Notes: generated from the sequence alone by a model not told the origin. DNA of 64,000 nt from Spirochaetota bacterium (GCA_050298055.1 JBNKTL010000008.1:32001-96000), one strand, 5' to 3'; counted from the stretch's first letter, positions 8,472-20,223 are shown. Made by a program: numbers and translations.

Positions 8472-10460
8472 ATGTCAATGGAAAATATAGAAAAAGAACT
8501 GAAGGGCATCTACAACTGGCAGCTGGTATCGGGGAAGAAGATCGTTCTGAAAAACCTGGAGAGCGCCCTGGAGAAGGATGAAAAAATCCATGACCTCCTT
8601 GACGGCTTCTTTTCGGGAAAACCGGTAAAGAATGAAGAGGGGGACATCCCGGGTGTTCTTTTCCTTACAGATAAGAGGGTTCTCTTTGTCCCCGGAGAGA
8701 AGAGCGGGAAGAAGTTTGAAGCGGTTTCCTATGATGATCTTAAAGACGTGGAGTACAGGAAAAGCAGTACATCGGTACTGCTGAAATTTACCACAGCCGA
8801 TTATACGGCCGGCTTCAAATCTTTTGTTACACAGTCCGCGGTGAAGAAATTTGTGGCTTTCGTGGAAGAGAAGATGGATGGAGGGATAAGCTACGGCGAT
8901 GATTCCACCGGTCTCCTGAACGACGTAACGAATCTGTTTATTAACAGAATATCCCTTCCCGGATTATTAGAGAGGATTGGCAAACAGGAAGAGGAGGTCA
9001 GGGAAACCGGGGAAGAAATTAATACCAGAGATAACAGCAGTGATGTGGTAAACCTGAACGTCCTCTTTGTGGAAGCAAAGAAGATATACAATCTGCTGAA
9101 AGAATTTGAGAAGCTGAAGGGCCTTCCCGGCATCAGGGGATCCATGACCAATGATCTTGTGATTCTCTCTTCTCTCTGCAGTATGGCCGACGGGAGGCTT
9201 TCCGGTGATGAACTGACATTGATATCCATGGTGCTCATGCCCTTCAATCCCGACGGTTCGGAGGATATCGCCCGAAAGGCCGGGAAGCTCTACAGCTACG
9301 ACCTCTTTCCCATGGACTACAGGGATACGGTTGACGGGTACTGGAACAGTATCTCGCGGTACATCAAAAACTCGAACCTCGATATCCAGGGGAACACCCT
9401 GGAGTCCCTCGCGGAGATGAAGGAATACGACAGTAAGAACGGGACGAAGAACTTTCACAGGCTTGCCACGGCATACTACGCCTATGCCCAGTGCCTCATG
9501 AAATCGGACGGTTCACTTAACGAAAAAGAGGAGGAGAGGCTCAAACAGATAAGCCTTCTTCTTTTTAACAGGGATAATTTCGTTCCCGGTGATGATACAC
9601 AAGCTGAGGTAGAAGAAGAGGAGGAGACCCTTGAAGAGGTCATGGAGAAGATCAACGGCCTGGTGGGGATGAAGAAGATCAAGGAAGAGATCAATACCTT
9701 TATTAACCTGATCAGGGTCCAGAAGGAGAGGGAGGAGCGGGGATTTGCGGTAACGCCTCTTTCCCTTCACGCGGTTTTCCATGGTCCTCCCGGAACGGGG
9801 AAGACAACCATCGCCAGGCTCCTGGGCAAGGTCTACAGGTGTCTCGGGCTCCTGAAAAAAGGGCACCTTATTGAAACTGACAGGGCGGGGCTTGTTGCCG
9901 GGTACGTGGGACAGACAGCCATAAAGGTGGATGAGCTTGTGCAGAAGGCGCTGGACGGGATCCTCTTTATCGATGAAGCGTATGCCCTGAGTCCCTCCGG
10001 GGGAGGAAGCGACTTCGGGCAGGAGGCCATCGACACCATGCTCAAGAGGATGGAGGACTACAGGGAGAAACTGGTTATAATCGTAGCCGGCTATCCCGAC
10101 GAGATGAAAAGGTTCATCAACTCCAACCCGGGCCTCAAGTCGCGGTTCAGCAGGTATTTCTACTTCGACCACTATACACCGGATGAACTTATCCTGATTT
10201 TCGATATCTTCTGCAAAAACGTTGATTTTACCGTGGATGAAAAGGCCCGCGGTAAATTTCACGGGCTCCTGGATGAACTCTACCGGGAGAGGGACCGGAC
10301 CTTCGGAAACGGCAGGCTGGTCAGGAACCTCTTTGAGAAAATGGTAGAGAAACAGGCTAACAGGATTGCCGGCATCTCCCCCCTTACCGATGAACTGCTC
10401 TGTACTATCAAAGAGGAAGATATCCCGGAAAGAGAGGATGTTTCAATACACCGTTCCTGA
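8472..10460 (+). CDS. CbbX/SpoVK-family AAA+ ATPase with N-terminal PH-like and TerB-like domains
   Basis: LHAVFHGPPGTGKTT, AGYVGQTAIK, ILFIDEAY, SNPGLKSRF, FGNGRLVRN; N-terminal GVLFLTDKRVLF (bacterial PH-like); ADGRLSGDE and SDGSLNEKEE motifs. Confidence 0.85.
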   Translation: MSMENIEKELKGIYNWQLVSGKKIVLKNLESALEKDEKIHDLLDGFFSGKPVKNEEGDIPGVLFLTDKRVLFVPGEKSGKKFEAVSYDDLKDVEYRKSSTSVLLKFTTADYTAGFKSFVTQSAVKKFVAFVEEKMDGGISYGDDSTGLLNDVTNLFINRISLPGLLERIGKQEEEVRETGEEINTRDNSSDVVNLNVLFVEAKKIYNLLKEFEKLKGLPGIRGSMTNDLVILSSLCSMADGRLSGDELTLISMVLMPFNPDGSEDIARKAGKLYSYDLFPMDYRDTVDGYWNSISRYIKNSNLDIQGNTLESLAEMKEYDSKNGTKNFHRLATAYYAYAQCLMKSDGSLNEKEEERLKQISLLLFNRDNFVPGDDTQAEVEEEEETLEEVMEKINGLVGMKKIKEEINTFINLIRVQKEREERGFAVTPLSLHAVFHGPPGTGKTTIARLLGKVYRCLGLLKKGHLIETDRAGLVAGYVGQTAIKVDELVQKALDGILFIDEAYALSPSGGGSDFGQEAIDTMLKRMEDYREKLVIIVAGYPDEMKRFINSNPGLKSRFSRYFYFDHYTPDELILIFDIFCKNVDFTVDEKARGKFHGLLDELYRERDRTFGNGRLVRNLFEKMVEKQANRIAGISPLTDELLCTIKEEDIPEREDVSIHRS

Positions 10461-10509
10461 TTCTCCCCGCTTTTTTGGACCGGTAAAATGTAAAGTTTTT
10501 TAAGATTAT

Positions 10510-10668
10510 TTCACACAGAGCTCGCAAAGTTTAAGAAAATGTTAAATGTTGAATTTTAAATGTTAAATAATCTTATTCTAAAACGGTTTCTTGAATTTAA
10601 CATTCAAAATTTAAAACTCAACATTAATAAAACTCTTCCTTCGTGCGCTCTGTGAGCTTCGTGTGAAA
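10510..10668. repeat. nested palindromic repeat family 2, copy 1 (outer arms plus inverted 7-mer arrays)
   Basis: Outer arms ttcacacagagctc...gagcttcgtgtgaa; inner (aatgtta)n versus (taacatt)n; right half nearly identical to 37690-37748. Confidence 0.8.
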
Positions 10669-10743
10669 CCTCTTCTTTCTTTTTCTGTTTTTTTTATCGT
10701 CTGTAATTTATTTGTTTCTTATACGCAATACTGTAGAACAGGG

Positions 10744-11727
10744 TCACTCTTCTTTTGTGTTGCTGTTGGTATATGTCACGGCAAAGACAATGGATTTCAT
10801 TTCCAGACCGTTGAGAAATTTTTCGTTATACCATCCGGTTTCCGATGTTATATATCCCCCGATACTCGCTGAAAAAGAGAGGTTCTTTGTGGTTACCAGG
10901 GTGACAGATAATCCTACCATAGACGCGTTAATGCTTTCGGTATCAAGGGATTCGGTAGCTGTTGTCGCCGAAAAAGGAAATGGAGGGGTAAATGTCATGT
11001 CCGCGTCAGCCTCCGGTTTATTCAAACTGCGGATATAGAGGTAGTAGGGAGTGATTTTCAGTTTATCAAGTATCTTAAATGAGACGGCAAATCCTCCGGA
11101 CAAACCGTAGAGAATCCCACTGCCGGAAGCCTTTGCTTCAAATGAATTGCTGAGATATGACTCCCGCGGCATCTCAACATCCAGGTTGTAGTGCAGAATA
11201 AAGGGGCCTAAATAAAGGGGAAGAGAAAACCATTTATTAGAGAGTATTTCATAACCGGCGCCGGGTGAAAAGAAAACCGAGCGGTAACTTATATCCGCTT
11301 CAATGACCGGGAGCGGGTCCTGATACATTTTCCCTGAGATGTTCCCTTTGAAATTCTGGACTGCCAGTATTCCGTAGAATAAAAGTCTTTCATTGAAGGC
11401 ATATCCTCCCCCAAGTCCTGCCGCCCAGCCTTTTAAATCCTCTCCCCTGACTTCAGGGTCATCATAAACCTGGTTTATCTGAAAATACGCGGGGACAAAA
11501 GTTATTAAATATTCTTTCTCCTGCCAGAATGTCATGGGAATAAATGAGTCTTTGATAAGGGAAGAAGAAACATTCATAAGCCCGTCAACAGTTTTACCTG
11601 TTGTTTCTTTTTCGAGACTCTCTAAACTTACCGTTTGAGTGAATGCGGGCGTGTGGACCAGTATTAAACAAATTATAAAAGAAGAAATTAAAGTTCTCGT
11701 GTGGGAAAATAAAAATTTTTTTCGCAT
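10744..11727 (-). CDS. putative exported / outer-membrane beta-barrel protein
   Basis: Signal peptide and alternating aromatic/Gly beta-strand patterns (GLGGGYAF, FSPGAGYEI, GLSGGFAVSF). Confidence 0.6.
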   Translation of the reverse strand: MRKKFLFSHTRTLISSFIICLILVHTPAFTQTVSLESLEKETTGKTVDGLMNVSSSLIKDSFIPMTFWQEKEYLITFVPAYFQINQVYDDPEVRGEDLKGWAAGLGGGYAFNERLLFYGILAVQNFKGNISGKMYQDPLPVIEADISYRSVFFSPGAGYEILSNKWFSLPLYLGPFILHYNLDVEMPRESYLSNSFEAKASGSGILYGLSGGFAVSFKILDKLKITPYYLYIRSLNKPEADADMTFTPPFPFSATTATESLDTESINASMVGLSVTLVTTKNLSFSASIGGYITSETGWYNEKFLNGLEMKSIVFAVTYTNSNTKEE

Positions 11728-11882
11728 TTATCCATGGCTCCATTTTTAAATTGAGAATGCTAAAAATTGCACACTTGATAAAAATAATAAATTATTCTTT
11801 TTAGGCAAGATTTTTTTATTAATAAGAGTCGTGAATTATAAATTCATCCGTTTTTGCCGGTTTTTCCCCCGGCAGCTGACCC

Positions 11883-14800
11883 TTATTTGCTATCCAATAC
11901 TGTACGCACCCTTGCCGCCAGTTCCTGTTTTGAAAAGGGTTTTTGAATAAAGTTGACACCTTCTTTCAATAGATCCTGGTGGTCCATGGCTTTACCCGTA
12001 TATCCGGACATGAAGAGGCATTTGAGTTTCGGGCAAAGATGAGTAAGATTTTCCGCCAGTTCCCGGCCGGTCATCTCGGGCATGATCATATCGGTTATCA
12101 GCAGGTCAAGAGCGATGTATTTATCGGTGGCAATCAGGATGGCCTCTTTCGGTTTCGATGATGTGAGCACCGTGTATCCGAACTCTTCAAGCATCATCTT
12201 TACCATGTTAAGGACTTCAGTCTCGTCTTCTACCAGGAGGATTGTTTCGTCGCCCCCCGGGGGGAGGTCAGTGCCGCTTTCCCTTTCCATCTGCTCGCCA
12301 TCAACAGTATACCGGGGAAAGTAAATCCTGAAGGTCGAGCCGTGTCCCGGTTCGCTGTAGACATTGAGAAAGCCGGCATTCTGTTTGACGATGCCGTAGA
12401 CCGTTGCCAGCCCGAGACCGGTACCTCTCCCCAGTCCCTTGGTGGTGAAAAAAGGCTCGAATATCTTCTCTAAAATTCGTTTGTCCATGCCGCTGCCATT
12501 ATCACTCACAGCCAGCATAACATACTCACCGGGGAAAAATCCCTCGCGTTCAGTCCAGTAGTTGTCGTCAAAAACGGCCTTTTTCGTTTCAATTGTAATC
12601 TTGCCCACTCCTGGAATGGCATCCCGGGCATTGACACAGAGATTGGCCAGAATCTGGTCGATCTGGGATGGGTCTATCTTTATCTGCCAAAGCTCCGGTC
12701 CCGGCTGCCAGGTAAGTTTGATATCTTCACCGATAAGCCGCTGAAGCAGCTTGAGCATCCCTTCAACTGTCCTGTTCAGATCAAGGACCTTCGGCATGAC
12801 GGTCTGTTTGCGGGCAAAGGCAAGCAGCTGCCGTGTTATCTCCATGGAACGAAGACTCGCTTCCCGGATGGCTTCAATGTTCTTGCGCAGGGGATCATCC
12901 CTGGCGGCCTTTTCCAGGGTCATCTCCGCGTAGCCGAAGATCACGCCCAGCATATTGTTGAAGTCGTGGGCAATCCCCCCGGCCAGTTGCCCGATGGCTT
13001 CCATTTTCTGGGTATGGCGAAGTTGTTCTTCAAGTCTTTTTTGTTCCGTTATGTCTTCTTTGACTCCCACGTAGTGCGTGATAACGTTTTCAGAATTTCT
13101 TACGGGAGCAACTGTTGCGTGCTCCCAGAACAAGTCGCCGTTTTTTTTGCGATTGTGAAAGACTCCCTGCCAGACGCCGCCTGAACTGATGGTATCCCAA
13201 AATTCTTTGTATTCCTCACTTGTTGTTTCTCCTGACTGCAGAATGCGGGGGTTTTCTCCCAGGACCTCGGAAAAAGTATAGCCGGTTGTTTTTGTAAACT
13301 GTGAATTGACGAACTCGATCTTTCCCTCAACATCGGTGATTATGATAGATACCGGGCTCTGCTCGATGGCCTGGGAGAGCTTCCTGATCGACTGCTCCGC
13401 CCGCTTCTGTTCTGTGATATCTTCGGATATGCCCAGCAGGTACTGGGGTGTTCCGTTTTCATCCAGGATGGGTATTTTTTTTGTGTGAAGTATCCGCTCT
13501 TTTTTGTCTTTGGTGGTAATGGTTTCTTCCGGTATGTCAAAGAGCTCCTTTGAATGGAGGACCTGGTTGTCTTTTTGGTTAATTTGGTCTGCTTTTTTTT
13601 CGGGGAAAAAGTCATGAACAGTTTTACCGATCAGTTCTTCCTGCCGGTATCCCAGAAGATCTTCTCCTGCCCTGTTGAATCTTACAAAGCTGAGGTTTCG
13701 GGCGTCCTTTACGAAAATCATGTTGGGAATATGTTCAATGACCTTATTGAGAAATTCTTCATTTTTACGCAGATCACGGAAGGAGAGAAGACTGCTCAGG
13801 GCATCGGACATGCGCCTGCCAATGGCTTCAAACAGTCTCGCCTCCTCTGCTGTCCATATTCTCTCAGAGGAGCACTGGTGAATGCCAAACTGCCAGGCGT
13901 TAGTAACTTTTGGATAAAGTGCCATTGCTATCATGGAGCGAACTCCATAATTTTTAAATGGTTGTTTTAATTGCGGATAGTCACCCCCTGGTCCAAATGT
14001 CACAGGGCCCTCTGTAGCGAGCAGAATGCGAAGATTTTCTGCCAGGCTGGGCTGCATGGGGAGCTCCAGGTTATCTCTGAAGACAAATCCTTCATAGTCG
14101 GGTTTGCTGCTCTCCATGGGGACACTCCAGGTTTCAGACCGGTGATCACAGGGATACTGGAGATAAACCCTGTCGCAATCAAAGATTGAAAGAACCACAT
14201 CGAGGGCATTCTTCATCATCTGTTCGAGGTTGTCCGCTTTCTGGATGGCCTTGTTGATCCTGTCCATGCTTTCAAAGAACCTGAGATTGGCCAGGCGTTC
14301 CTTTTCCGCCTTTTTGATTTCTGTAATGTCAACAAGCGCCGCGATATTACCGCTGATGTGTCCCTGAGAATCGTGGAGAGGTGACGCGTAGATGCTGTAA
14401 TCAATGGGTGTTCCGTCGCGTTTTTGCCGGTTTACTTCCAAACCCTCCAGGTTCATCCCTTTCTGTATTTCTTTCCGAAACTCCCTGAATTCCTCCTTGT
14501 TATCAGAAGGAAAACTGGGTAACGGTTGTCCCATCACTTCCTCTTTCTTCCAGCCGAGCATTTTTTCTGCCGCCGGGTTCCAGACCGATTGAACATTTCC
14601 ATCCAGGTCCAGGCCAATTATAGCCACGGGAACTGCTTCGATTATAGTATGCAGCAGGTCGTTGGAACGCTGCAGTTCCTCCCGGGCCTGCCTGCGCTCA
14701 AGCCGGTTCTCAGCATCCTCAAGGGCCCTTCTGACGGCCGAAGGAAGGCGCGACAGATTGTCTTTGAGGACATAGTCGGTAGCTCCCTGTGTCAGGGCCT

Positions 14801-15083
14801 CAATGGCCGCTTCCTCACCCATGGTACCGGAAACAAAGATAAAAGGAATATCGGGGTAAAACTCCATGGACAACCGGAGCGCGGAGATACCGTCATACAT
14901 TGGCAGTTTGTAATCTGCAATGACAATATCCACCCCGTTCCTGCTCAGGGCAGTCTCGAATTCATCTCGGGTCTGTGCATTGGTTATCCGGTATTCCAGA
15001 CCGGCATCATTCAGTACGGCTTTAACGAGTTCAATATCGGGCGGGTCATCTTCCAGGTGAAGGATATGGATCTGTTTTGCCAT
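11883..15083 (-). CDS. hybrid sensor histidine kinase (REC-PAS-GAF-PAS-PAS-HisKA-HATPase-REC)
   Basis: HILHLEDD receiver start, several PAS/PAC motifs (EDITEQKR), [13 protein letters not shown]-box, [21 protein letters not shown]-terminal receiver. Start set at MAKQ (15083). Confidence 0.92.
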   Translation of the reverse strand: MAKQIHILHLEDDPPDIELVKAVLNDAGLEYRITNAQTRDEFETALSRNGVDIVIADYKLPMYDGISALRLSMEFYPDIPFIFVSGTMGEEAAIEALTQGATDYVLKDNLSRLPSAVRRALEDAENRLERRQAREELQRSNDLLHTIIEAVPVAIIGLDLDGNVQSVWNPAAEKMLGWKKEEVMGQPLPSFPSDNKEEFREFRKEIQKGMNLEGLEVNRQKRDGTPIDYSIYASPLHDSQGHISGNIAALVDITEIKKAEKERLANLRFFESMDRINKAIQKADNLEQMMKNALDVVLSIFDCDRVYLQYPCDHRSETWSVPMESSKPDYEGFVFRDNLELPMQPSLAENLRILLATEGPVTFGPGGDYPQLKQPFKNYGVRSMIAMALYPKVTNAWQFGIHQCSSERIWTAEEARLFEAIGRRMSDALSSLLSFRDLRKNEEFLNKVIEHIPNMIFVKDARNLSFVRFNRAGEDLLGYRQEELIGKTVHDFFPEKKADQINQKDNQVLHSKELFDIPEETITTKDKKERILHTKKIPILDENGTPQYLLGISEDITEQKRAEQSIRKLSQAIEQSPVSIIITDVEGKIEFVNSQFTKTTGYTFSEVLGENPRILQSGETTSEEYKEFWDTISSGGVWQGVFHNRKKNGDLFWEHATVAPVRNSENVITHYVGVKEDITEQKRLEEQLRHTQKMEAIGQLAGGIAHDFNNMLGVIFGYAEMTLEKAARDDPLRKNIEAIREASLRSMEITRQLLAFARKQTVMPKVLDLNRTVEGMLKLLQRLIGEDIKLTWQPGPELWQIKIDPSQIDQILANLCVNARDAIPGVGKITIETKKAVFDDNYWTEREGFFPGEYVMLAVSDNGSGMDKRILEKIFEPFFTTKGLGRGTGLGLATVYGIVKQNAGFLNVYSEPGHGSTFRIYFPRYTVDGEQMERESGTDLPPGGDETILLVEDETEVLNMVKMMLEEFGYTVLTSSKPKEAILIATDKYIALDLLITDMIMPEMTGRELAENLTHLCPKLKCLFMSGYTGKAMDHQDLLKEGVNFIQKPFSKQELAARVRTVLDSK

Positions 15084-15306
15084 GGTTGAGAATAGTTCTC
15101 TCTTTATAATCGCTGTTATGGTCAATCCCCGGCTGCCGTCCCGTGCTTGCAGACGGATAAAGGGCATCCCTTATTGTTAACATGAAAATTGTGTCATGTC
15201 AACAGAATACACGGCATCCTTTGAAAAAAAAGGTACCGTGTATTCTGATCCATCCTTATTACAATCCGGAGGGAATGAATCGTTATTATGATAAATCTTT
15301 TAAAAA

Positions 15307-15783
15307 TTATGGCAGGCCGATCAGTGTAATGTTATACTCACCGTACAAACCTGTAATATTAGGAGATGAGGGAGGATTGACCGGATTGCTGGTGGAACCG
15401 CCATACCATGCTTTTGCTTCCCATTTGCTGGAATCATCCGGATCCATATTGGCAAGATCAAATGGAGTATAGAGATCATAACCTGCAAGCAGGTAATAGC
15501 TTCCTGCCGGTACATCGCTTGTATCAATCTCATAACTTACTGAGGTAACATCAGTGGTTGGACTGATGATTTCTCGTTTTATATACCCGTTACTTTCATC
15601 TGTATCATTATCAAGGATCACATAATACGCACTGTTGGCATTCCCATTATGCGTAAGTGTTCCGTAGATCTTACCGCTTTCATTTCCACTTTCACTGTCA
15701 TTGAAACATGCATGAAAGAATGTTAAGGCTGAAAGAAGCAGAAAGATAAAAGTAAGATAACAAAATTTTCTCTGTTTGCTCAC
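15307..15783 (-). CDS. putative lipoprotein (Ig-like fold)
   Basis: GTG start with AGGAG RBS, hydrophobic leader ending FHAC, VPAGSYYLLAGYD motif. Confidence 0.65.
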   Translation of the reverse strand: MSKQRKFCYLTFIFLLLSALTFFHACFNDSESGNESGKIYGTLTHNGNANSAYYVILDNDTDESNGYIKREIISPTTDVTSVSYEIDTSDVPAGSYYLLAGYDLYTPFDLANMDPDDSSKWEAKAWYGGSTSNPVNPPSSPNITGLYGEYNITLIGLP

Positions 15784-15941
15784 GTTGGTTACTCCTTTAT
15801 GGTTTTTAGAGATTTTAAAGCTTACACCTTCACACTTTTTGATATTGTAATAAATAAAAACAGCTATCGTCGTCCTATTATGTAAAATGGGACAAAAAAA
15901 CAGAAATAACAGATTTTTTAAGAAAAGCGATTGTGAAGAAT

Positions 15942-17087
15942 TTAATTATTCCCTTTCTGTTTAATAAACCGGGAAGGAGAGATCCCCGTCTTTTCTTTAA
16001 AGACCCTGTTGAAGGTACTTTTTGAGGGAAATCCCGCGTCAAATGCAATTTCAAGGATTGACTGATACCGGTGTGCACCATTTTTTATCCGGTCCGAAAA
16101 GTAATCGAGGCGCCGGGTATTCAGCAGGTCCCTGAAACCAGTATTGAGGCACTGGTTGACCGCAAAAGAGAGACGGTTTGTGTGTACATTAAATTCTGCC
16201 GCAAAATCGGATATGGTGAGATCGGGATTTCGAAAAGCGCCTTCTGAAAAACGCTTCTCAATAAGGCCCACCAGGTAATCGCACTCTTCTTCGGAACATA
16301 ACCGCTCTTTTTGAATATTCACTGTTTTTTTTTCCGGGGAGGAGAGTTCGGGTGTTATCATAAGAAGGAATGAGACCGTATAGATAAGCACAACCATTGT
16401 CATTGAAAGAATTAAAAAGGGTGTTGTTGTTCCGTGTATCAGGCGCGCGGTAGCGGACGGGTTTACTGCAACATATGAAAAGGAAAGCAGGACAAGGAGC
16501 GGTATAATGACCAGTGATCTGAGCCAGAGACGCTTGGGATAGGAGAGACGGTTCGTGTTTGGGCCAAAAGCAATCCGCATGGATAAAAATACATAGACCA
16601 GGTTAAAAATGACCTTTATACCATTCCTTAAAAGCAACCAGAGCGGAGGATTACCGGAAAAGACATTATGAATTAAATGGGTATACTCTCCGGTGTTCAT
16701 TGAAAGAAGAGTATATGATACCGCTGTAACTTCAAAAAAATAGGGCAGGAGATGAAGAATGAAGTATCGTGGATAATTTGAGGTGTCACTCACTAATTCC
16801 CGAATAGAGAACCAGAGTAAGGGACCGAAAAGAAAAGGGAGCGGGGCAGTGAGAGGATAGACCCACGGGTATGACAGCAAAATACCGGGAGACCATGTGG
16901 GAATTGTTGCCAGGCGGAGTGAAAAGACGATAAGCAGTAATGCAAGCGGCATGTTCTTTCGATGCCGAAACCTGAAGAGAATTAACAGGAGAATGACAAT
17001 TCCCTGAACCGCTCCCATTGATGTTATTATTGTCAGTGCATACATTACAGGTGTAAGGTTAAAATCGACAGGTAGATAATCAAGCAT
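15942..17087 (-). CDS. AraC-family transcriptional regulator with N-terminal multi-TM sensor
   Basis: About 7 TM segments, then FRNPDLTI...ILEIAFDAGFPSKSTFNRVFKEKTGISPSRF. Confidence 0.9.
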   Translation of the reverse strand: MLDYLPVDFNLTPVMYALTIITSMGAVQGIVILLLILFRFRHRKNMPLALLLIVFSLRLATIPTWSPGILLSYPWVYPLTAPLPFLFGPLLWFSIRELVSDTSNYPRYFILHLLPYFFEVTAVSYTLLSMNTGEYTHLIHNVFSGNPPLWLLLRNGIKVIFNLVYVFLSMRIAFGPNTNRLSYPKRLWLRSLVIIPLLVLLSFSYVAVNPSATARLIHGTTTPFLILSMTMVVLIYTVSFLLMITPELSSPEKKTVNIQKERLCSEEECDYLVGLIEKRFSEGAFRNPDLTISDFAAEFNVHTNRLSFAVNQCLNTGFRDLLNTRRLDYFSDRIKNGAHRYQSILEIAFDAGFPSKSTFNRVFKEKTGISPSRFIKQKGNN

Positions 17088-17234
17088 TATTGAAAGAGAA
17101 ATTATAATTTGAATTAAACCAGGCTGAATATCCCTGAATCAGGCAAAAAACAGAATACTTATCAAGCATATTTGTGAGATACCAATGCACTGTTGCGGAC
17201 TAAAATGCAGTATGTTTATGAAATATGAAAAATT

Positions 17235-17266
17235 AAAAGGGGCCCCTGTTTGGGATACCCCTTTCA
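17235..17266 (-). terminator. probable intrinsic terminator
   Basis: aaaagggg...cccctttc hairpin followed by a T-rich run on the minus strand, just after the stop of 17282..17737. Confidence 0.45.
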
Positions 17267-17281
17267 ATTTCCTGTTTTTTC

Positions 17282-17737
17282 TTAGAATATATGAGTATCA
17301 TCAAAATCAATATTTATGCTCACATCTCCTCCTTCCGGAATTGTGACAGGAGTGAGAGAACCGTTAATATCAACATCGTCATAAAATTCATAATGTTCAC
17401 CTGATGAAAGATCCCAACTATTATCTGCATCTACATAAAGAACGATATAATATGTCCCTGGATCTATTTCACCTGTAGCTGAACCTGAAGAAGTTTCCAA
17501 ATATTGACTGCCATAATATTCATCGACATCTAGATTGCCGGCTTTTGCAGCAGCTTCCGTTGTATAGAGATCAATCCAAATAAGTGATGTTGAACTGACA
17601 GCTTCTGGTCCGGTATAATTAACTGAGGTTGTCAGGTATCCCGGGTTTGATTTTTTTTCATCATCTTTATTAAAATCACAGCCGGTAAATAATCCAATCA
17701 AGATGAGAAAAGAGAGAAAAGTAGACGGTTTTTTCAT
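17282..17737 (-). CDS. putative lipoprotein (Ig-like fold)
   Basis: Lipobox LFTGC, AAGGAG RBS, IDPGTYYIVLYVDADNS motif. Confidence 0.7.
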   Translation of the reverse strand: MKKPSTFLSFLILIGLFTGCDFNKDDEKKSNPGYLTTSVNYTGPEAVSSTSLIWIDLYTTEAAAKAGNLDVDEYYGSQYLETSSGSATGEIDPGTYYIVLYVDADNSWDLSSGEHYEFYDDVDINGSLTPVTIPEGGDVSINIDFDDTHIF

Positions 17738-18140
17738 AAAAATACTCCTTAAACTTAGAAATCATCACACTTTAATTTTGTGTAATTTGTTTGAAATTTA
17801 TTTCAAGAGATTCTTTTACCCATTTCACATTATGAATAAAAGAGATCTCTTGGAGAAAATAGTAATGATTATTGTTAAAACAATATAAAGTCTTGAACTT
17901 ACACAGAGGAAATATAGTAAATAGAATAAATTCTGTCAATAAACATTAATAGATATTTATTAATATATGTAATGAATGCTGCATGGAGTAGTGAATAACA
18001 TCGAAAAAATATTTTGTCTAAATTTCGGTCTCCACAGGATGAAAGGTTATTCTTGTTGACAATTTGCTCAATTTCCATGAAGATACTTAAGCTATGGAAA
18101 TGTAACGCTTGCTATAACGCAAATAATCCCGGGAGATCTT

Positions 18141-18644
18141 ATGGATATCAGCAGATTTCACAACCTCGATGTTATTATGCTCTGCGGCCTCTACGGTTCC
18201 GGTAAAACCGGTTTCGGAATGGTCCACTTCAGGGAGAAGGAGAGACTCAGAATCAGCAGATCGGAGATACGGAAGAACATCTACGAAATGATGCATTTCG
18301 GAAAGCCCTGGGGCCCCGGGCATTTCAATGAAGAGGATGATATCCTTGTAAAGCATATTGAGAGAAAGATGGTGGAACATTTTGCGCACCATAAAAAGAA
18401 AATACTCATTGTTAATACATTTGTCACAAGAAAGTCAAGGGAACGTACAATCAGGATCATTAAGGGCCTGAAAAAAACCGTTGGCATTATTTTTTTGAAT
18501 ACTCCTCTTGAGAAGTGTATTGAGAGAAACAGGGAGAACCCGGTCAAGGTAACGGATAATATTATTGTCAGTCTCAGTACGAAGCTCGAGCTCCCGGAAA
18601 AGAACGAGGGTTTTAACGAGATACTGGTTCTGAATGATTATTAG
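18141..18644 (+). CDS. P-loop kinase (AAA_33 / polynucleotide-kinase-like)
   Basis: IMLCGLYGSGKT, RISRSEIRK, LNTPLEKCIERNR, LELPEKNEGF. Confidence 0.8.
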   Translation: MDISRFHNLDVIMLCGLYGSGKTGFGMVHFREKERLRISRSEIRKNIYEMMHFGKPWGPGHFNEEDDILVKHIERKMVEHFAHHKKKILIVNTFVTRKSRERTIRIIKGLKKTVGIIFLNTPLEKCIERNRENPVKVTDNIIVSLSTKLELPEKNEGFNEILVLNDY

Positions 18645-18652
18645 TGTAAAAA

Positions 18653-18794
18653 TAACTGCATAAGCTTGGTATAAGAATAATCATATTCATGAAAAAAACA
18701 TAATTGATATGTCCCCGCCGCCGACCGCGGCGGGGACATATTGTTGATATATTAGCAAATAAATATATTTTAACTCTCTATTACCGAGTAGTTA
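18653..18794. repeat. fold-back repeat family 1, copy B (142 bp)
   Basis: taact...atatgtccccgccgc-cgacc-gcggcggggacatat...gagtagtta. Confidence 0.85.
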
Positions 18795-18890
18795 TGTGCA
18801 AAAAAAGTAAATATACTTGAAATATCAGGGGGTCTGTTTGTATTGGTTAAATCCTGATATTTTGGAATTAAATGTTAAGAGGAGATACAG

Positions 18891-19271
18891 ATGATAGAGC
18901 TCGATTTTGCAAAAGGGGAAGGGCTTGTCCCTGTTATCGCGCAGGACTTCCGGTCCGGGGAAGTTCTGATGATGGCATATGTTAACGAGGAATCGTGGAA
19001 ACTTACCCTGGAAACCGGGGTGGTCCACTACTGGAGCCGTTCGAGAAGCAAGCTCTGGAAGAAGGGGGAGTCCTCAGGAAATGTCCAGGAAGTGAAAGAG
19101 ATCAGGGTGGACTGTGACAATGATTGTGTGCTGATTAAGGTCAACCAGGTCGGTGAGGCGGCATGCCATACGGGCTTTGTAAGCTGTTTTTACAGAAAAG
19201 TGGAAGGTGATGAATTAAAGGAAGACGGGAAAAAGGCCTTCGATCCCGATGAAGTTTACGGAAAAAAATAG
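18891..19271 (+). CDS. hisI: phosphoribosyl-AMP cyclohydrolase
   Basis: [43 protein letters not shown]. Confidence 0.96.
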   Translation: MIELDFAKGEGLVPVIAQDFRSGEVLMMAYVNEESWKLTLETGVVHYWSRSRSKLWKKGESSGNVQEVKEIRVDCDNDCVLIKVNQVGEAACHTGFVSCFYRKVEGDELKEDGKKAFDPDEVYGKK

Positions 19272-19285
19272 GAGTAGAGTTACCC

Positions 19286-20179
19286 ATGAGCAACAAGATT
19301 AAACTGGGAATTCCCAAGGGGAGCCTTGAGAAGGCGACAATAGAGCTTTTTAAAAAGGCCGGATGGAAGATATCCGTTTCCTCCCGGAACTATTTCCCTG
19401 CCATAGACGATGCTGAGATTGAATGTTCACTGATAAGGGCCCAGGAGATGGCCCACTATATTGAAAACGGGATACTCGACCTGGGGCTTACAGGTATCGA
19501 CTGGATCATGGAGAATGATTCGGATGTTGAGATCATATCCGACCTGATCTACTCAAAGGTCAGTACCCGGAAGGCACGGTGGGTCCTTGCGGTCCCGGAA
19601 GATTCGGAGATCAAGTCAGTTGAAGACTGTAAGAATAAAACAATCTCCACAGAGCTTGTAGGTTTTACAAAAAGATATTTCCAGGAGAGGGACATTCCCG
19701 TCAATGTGGAATTCTCCTGGGGGGCAACAGAGGGGAAGGTCGTTGAAGGACTGGCGGACGCTATCGTTGAGGTAACGGAAACCGGTTCAACAATCAGGGC
19801 CCACGGTTTGAAAATTATCCATACCCTCCTTGAGACAAATACCAAGCTTGCCGCGAATAAAGAGAGCGTGAAGGACCCCTGGAAAAAGAAGAAGATAAAC
19901 CAGGTTGCCCTTCTCTTAAAGGGGGCTCTCCACGCGGAGAACCTCGTGGGCATAAAGATGAATGTCCCTGAAAAGAACCTCGAAGAGGTTGTAAAGCTGA
20001 TCCCGAGCCTCAACGCGCCGACAATATCAAAGCTTTACAACAGCGACTGGCTCTCTGTTGAGTCGGTCATCGAGGAATCAGTGGTCAGGGAGATCATTCC
20101 CGGGCTTATTTCCGCGGGGGCCGACGGGATCATTGAGTATCCGTTGAACAAGGTCATCAGCACAGAAGATTTCAGCTGA
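19286..20179 (+). CDS. hisG: ATP phosphoribosyltransferase (long form)
   Basis: [42 protein letters not shown]-terminal regulatory domain. Confidence 0.96.
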   Translation: MSNKIKLGIPKGSLEKATIELFKKAGWKISVSSRNYFPAIDDAEIECSLIRAQEMAHYIENGILDLGLTGIDWIMENDSDVEIISDLIYSKVSTRKARWVLAVPEDSEIKSVEDCKNKTISTELVGFTKRYFQERDIPVNVEFSWGATEGKVVEGLADAIVEVTETGSTIRAHGLKIIHTLLETNTKLAANKESVKDPWKKKKINQVALLLKGALHAENLVGIKMNVPEKNLEEVVKLIPSLNAPTISKLYNSDWLSVESVIEESVVREIIPGLISAGADGIIEYPLNKVISTEDFS

Positions 20180-20223
20180 TATTAATTTCTTGAAATTATT
20201 CCGGCGGTATGGTAATTGAATTT

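Noticed and set aside
18653..18794. Family 1 element as an integron attC site (TAAC...GTTA ends, ~140 bp, strand bias)
   Set aside because: Copies flank housekeeping genes in mixed orientation, no integrase is present, and the bases next to the AAC/GTT cores are complementary (TACTC/GAGTA) whereas attC has an unpaired spacer there. Not strictly excluded without IntegronFinder.
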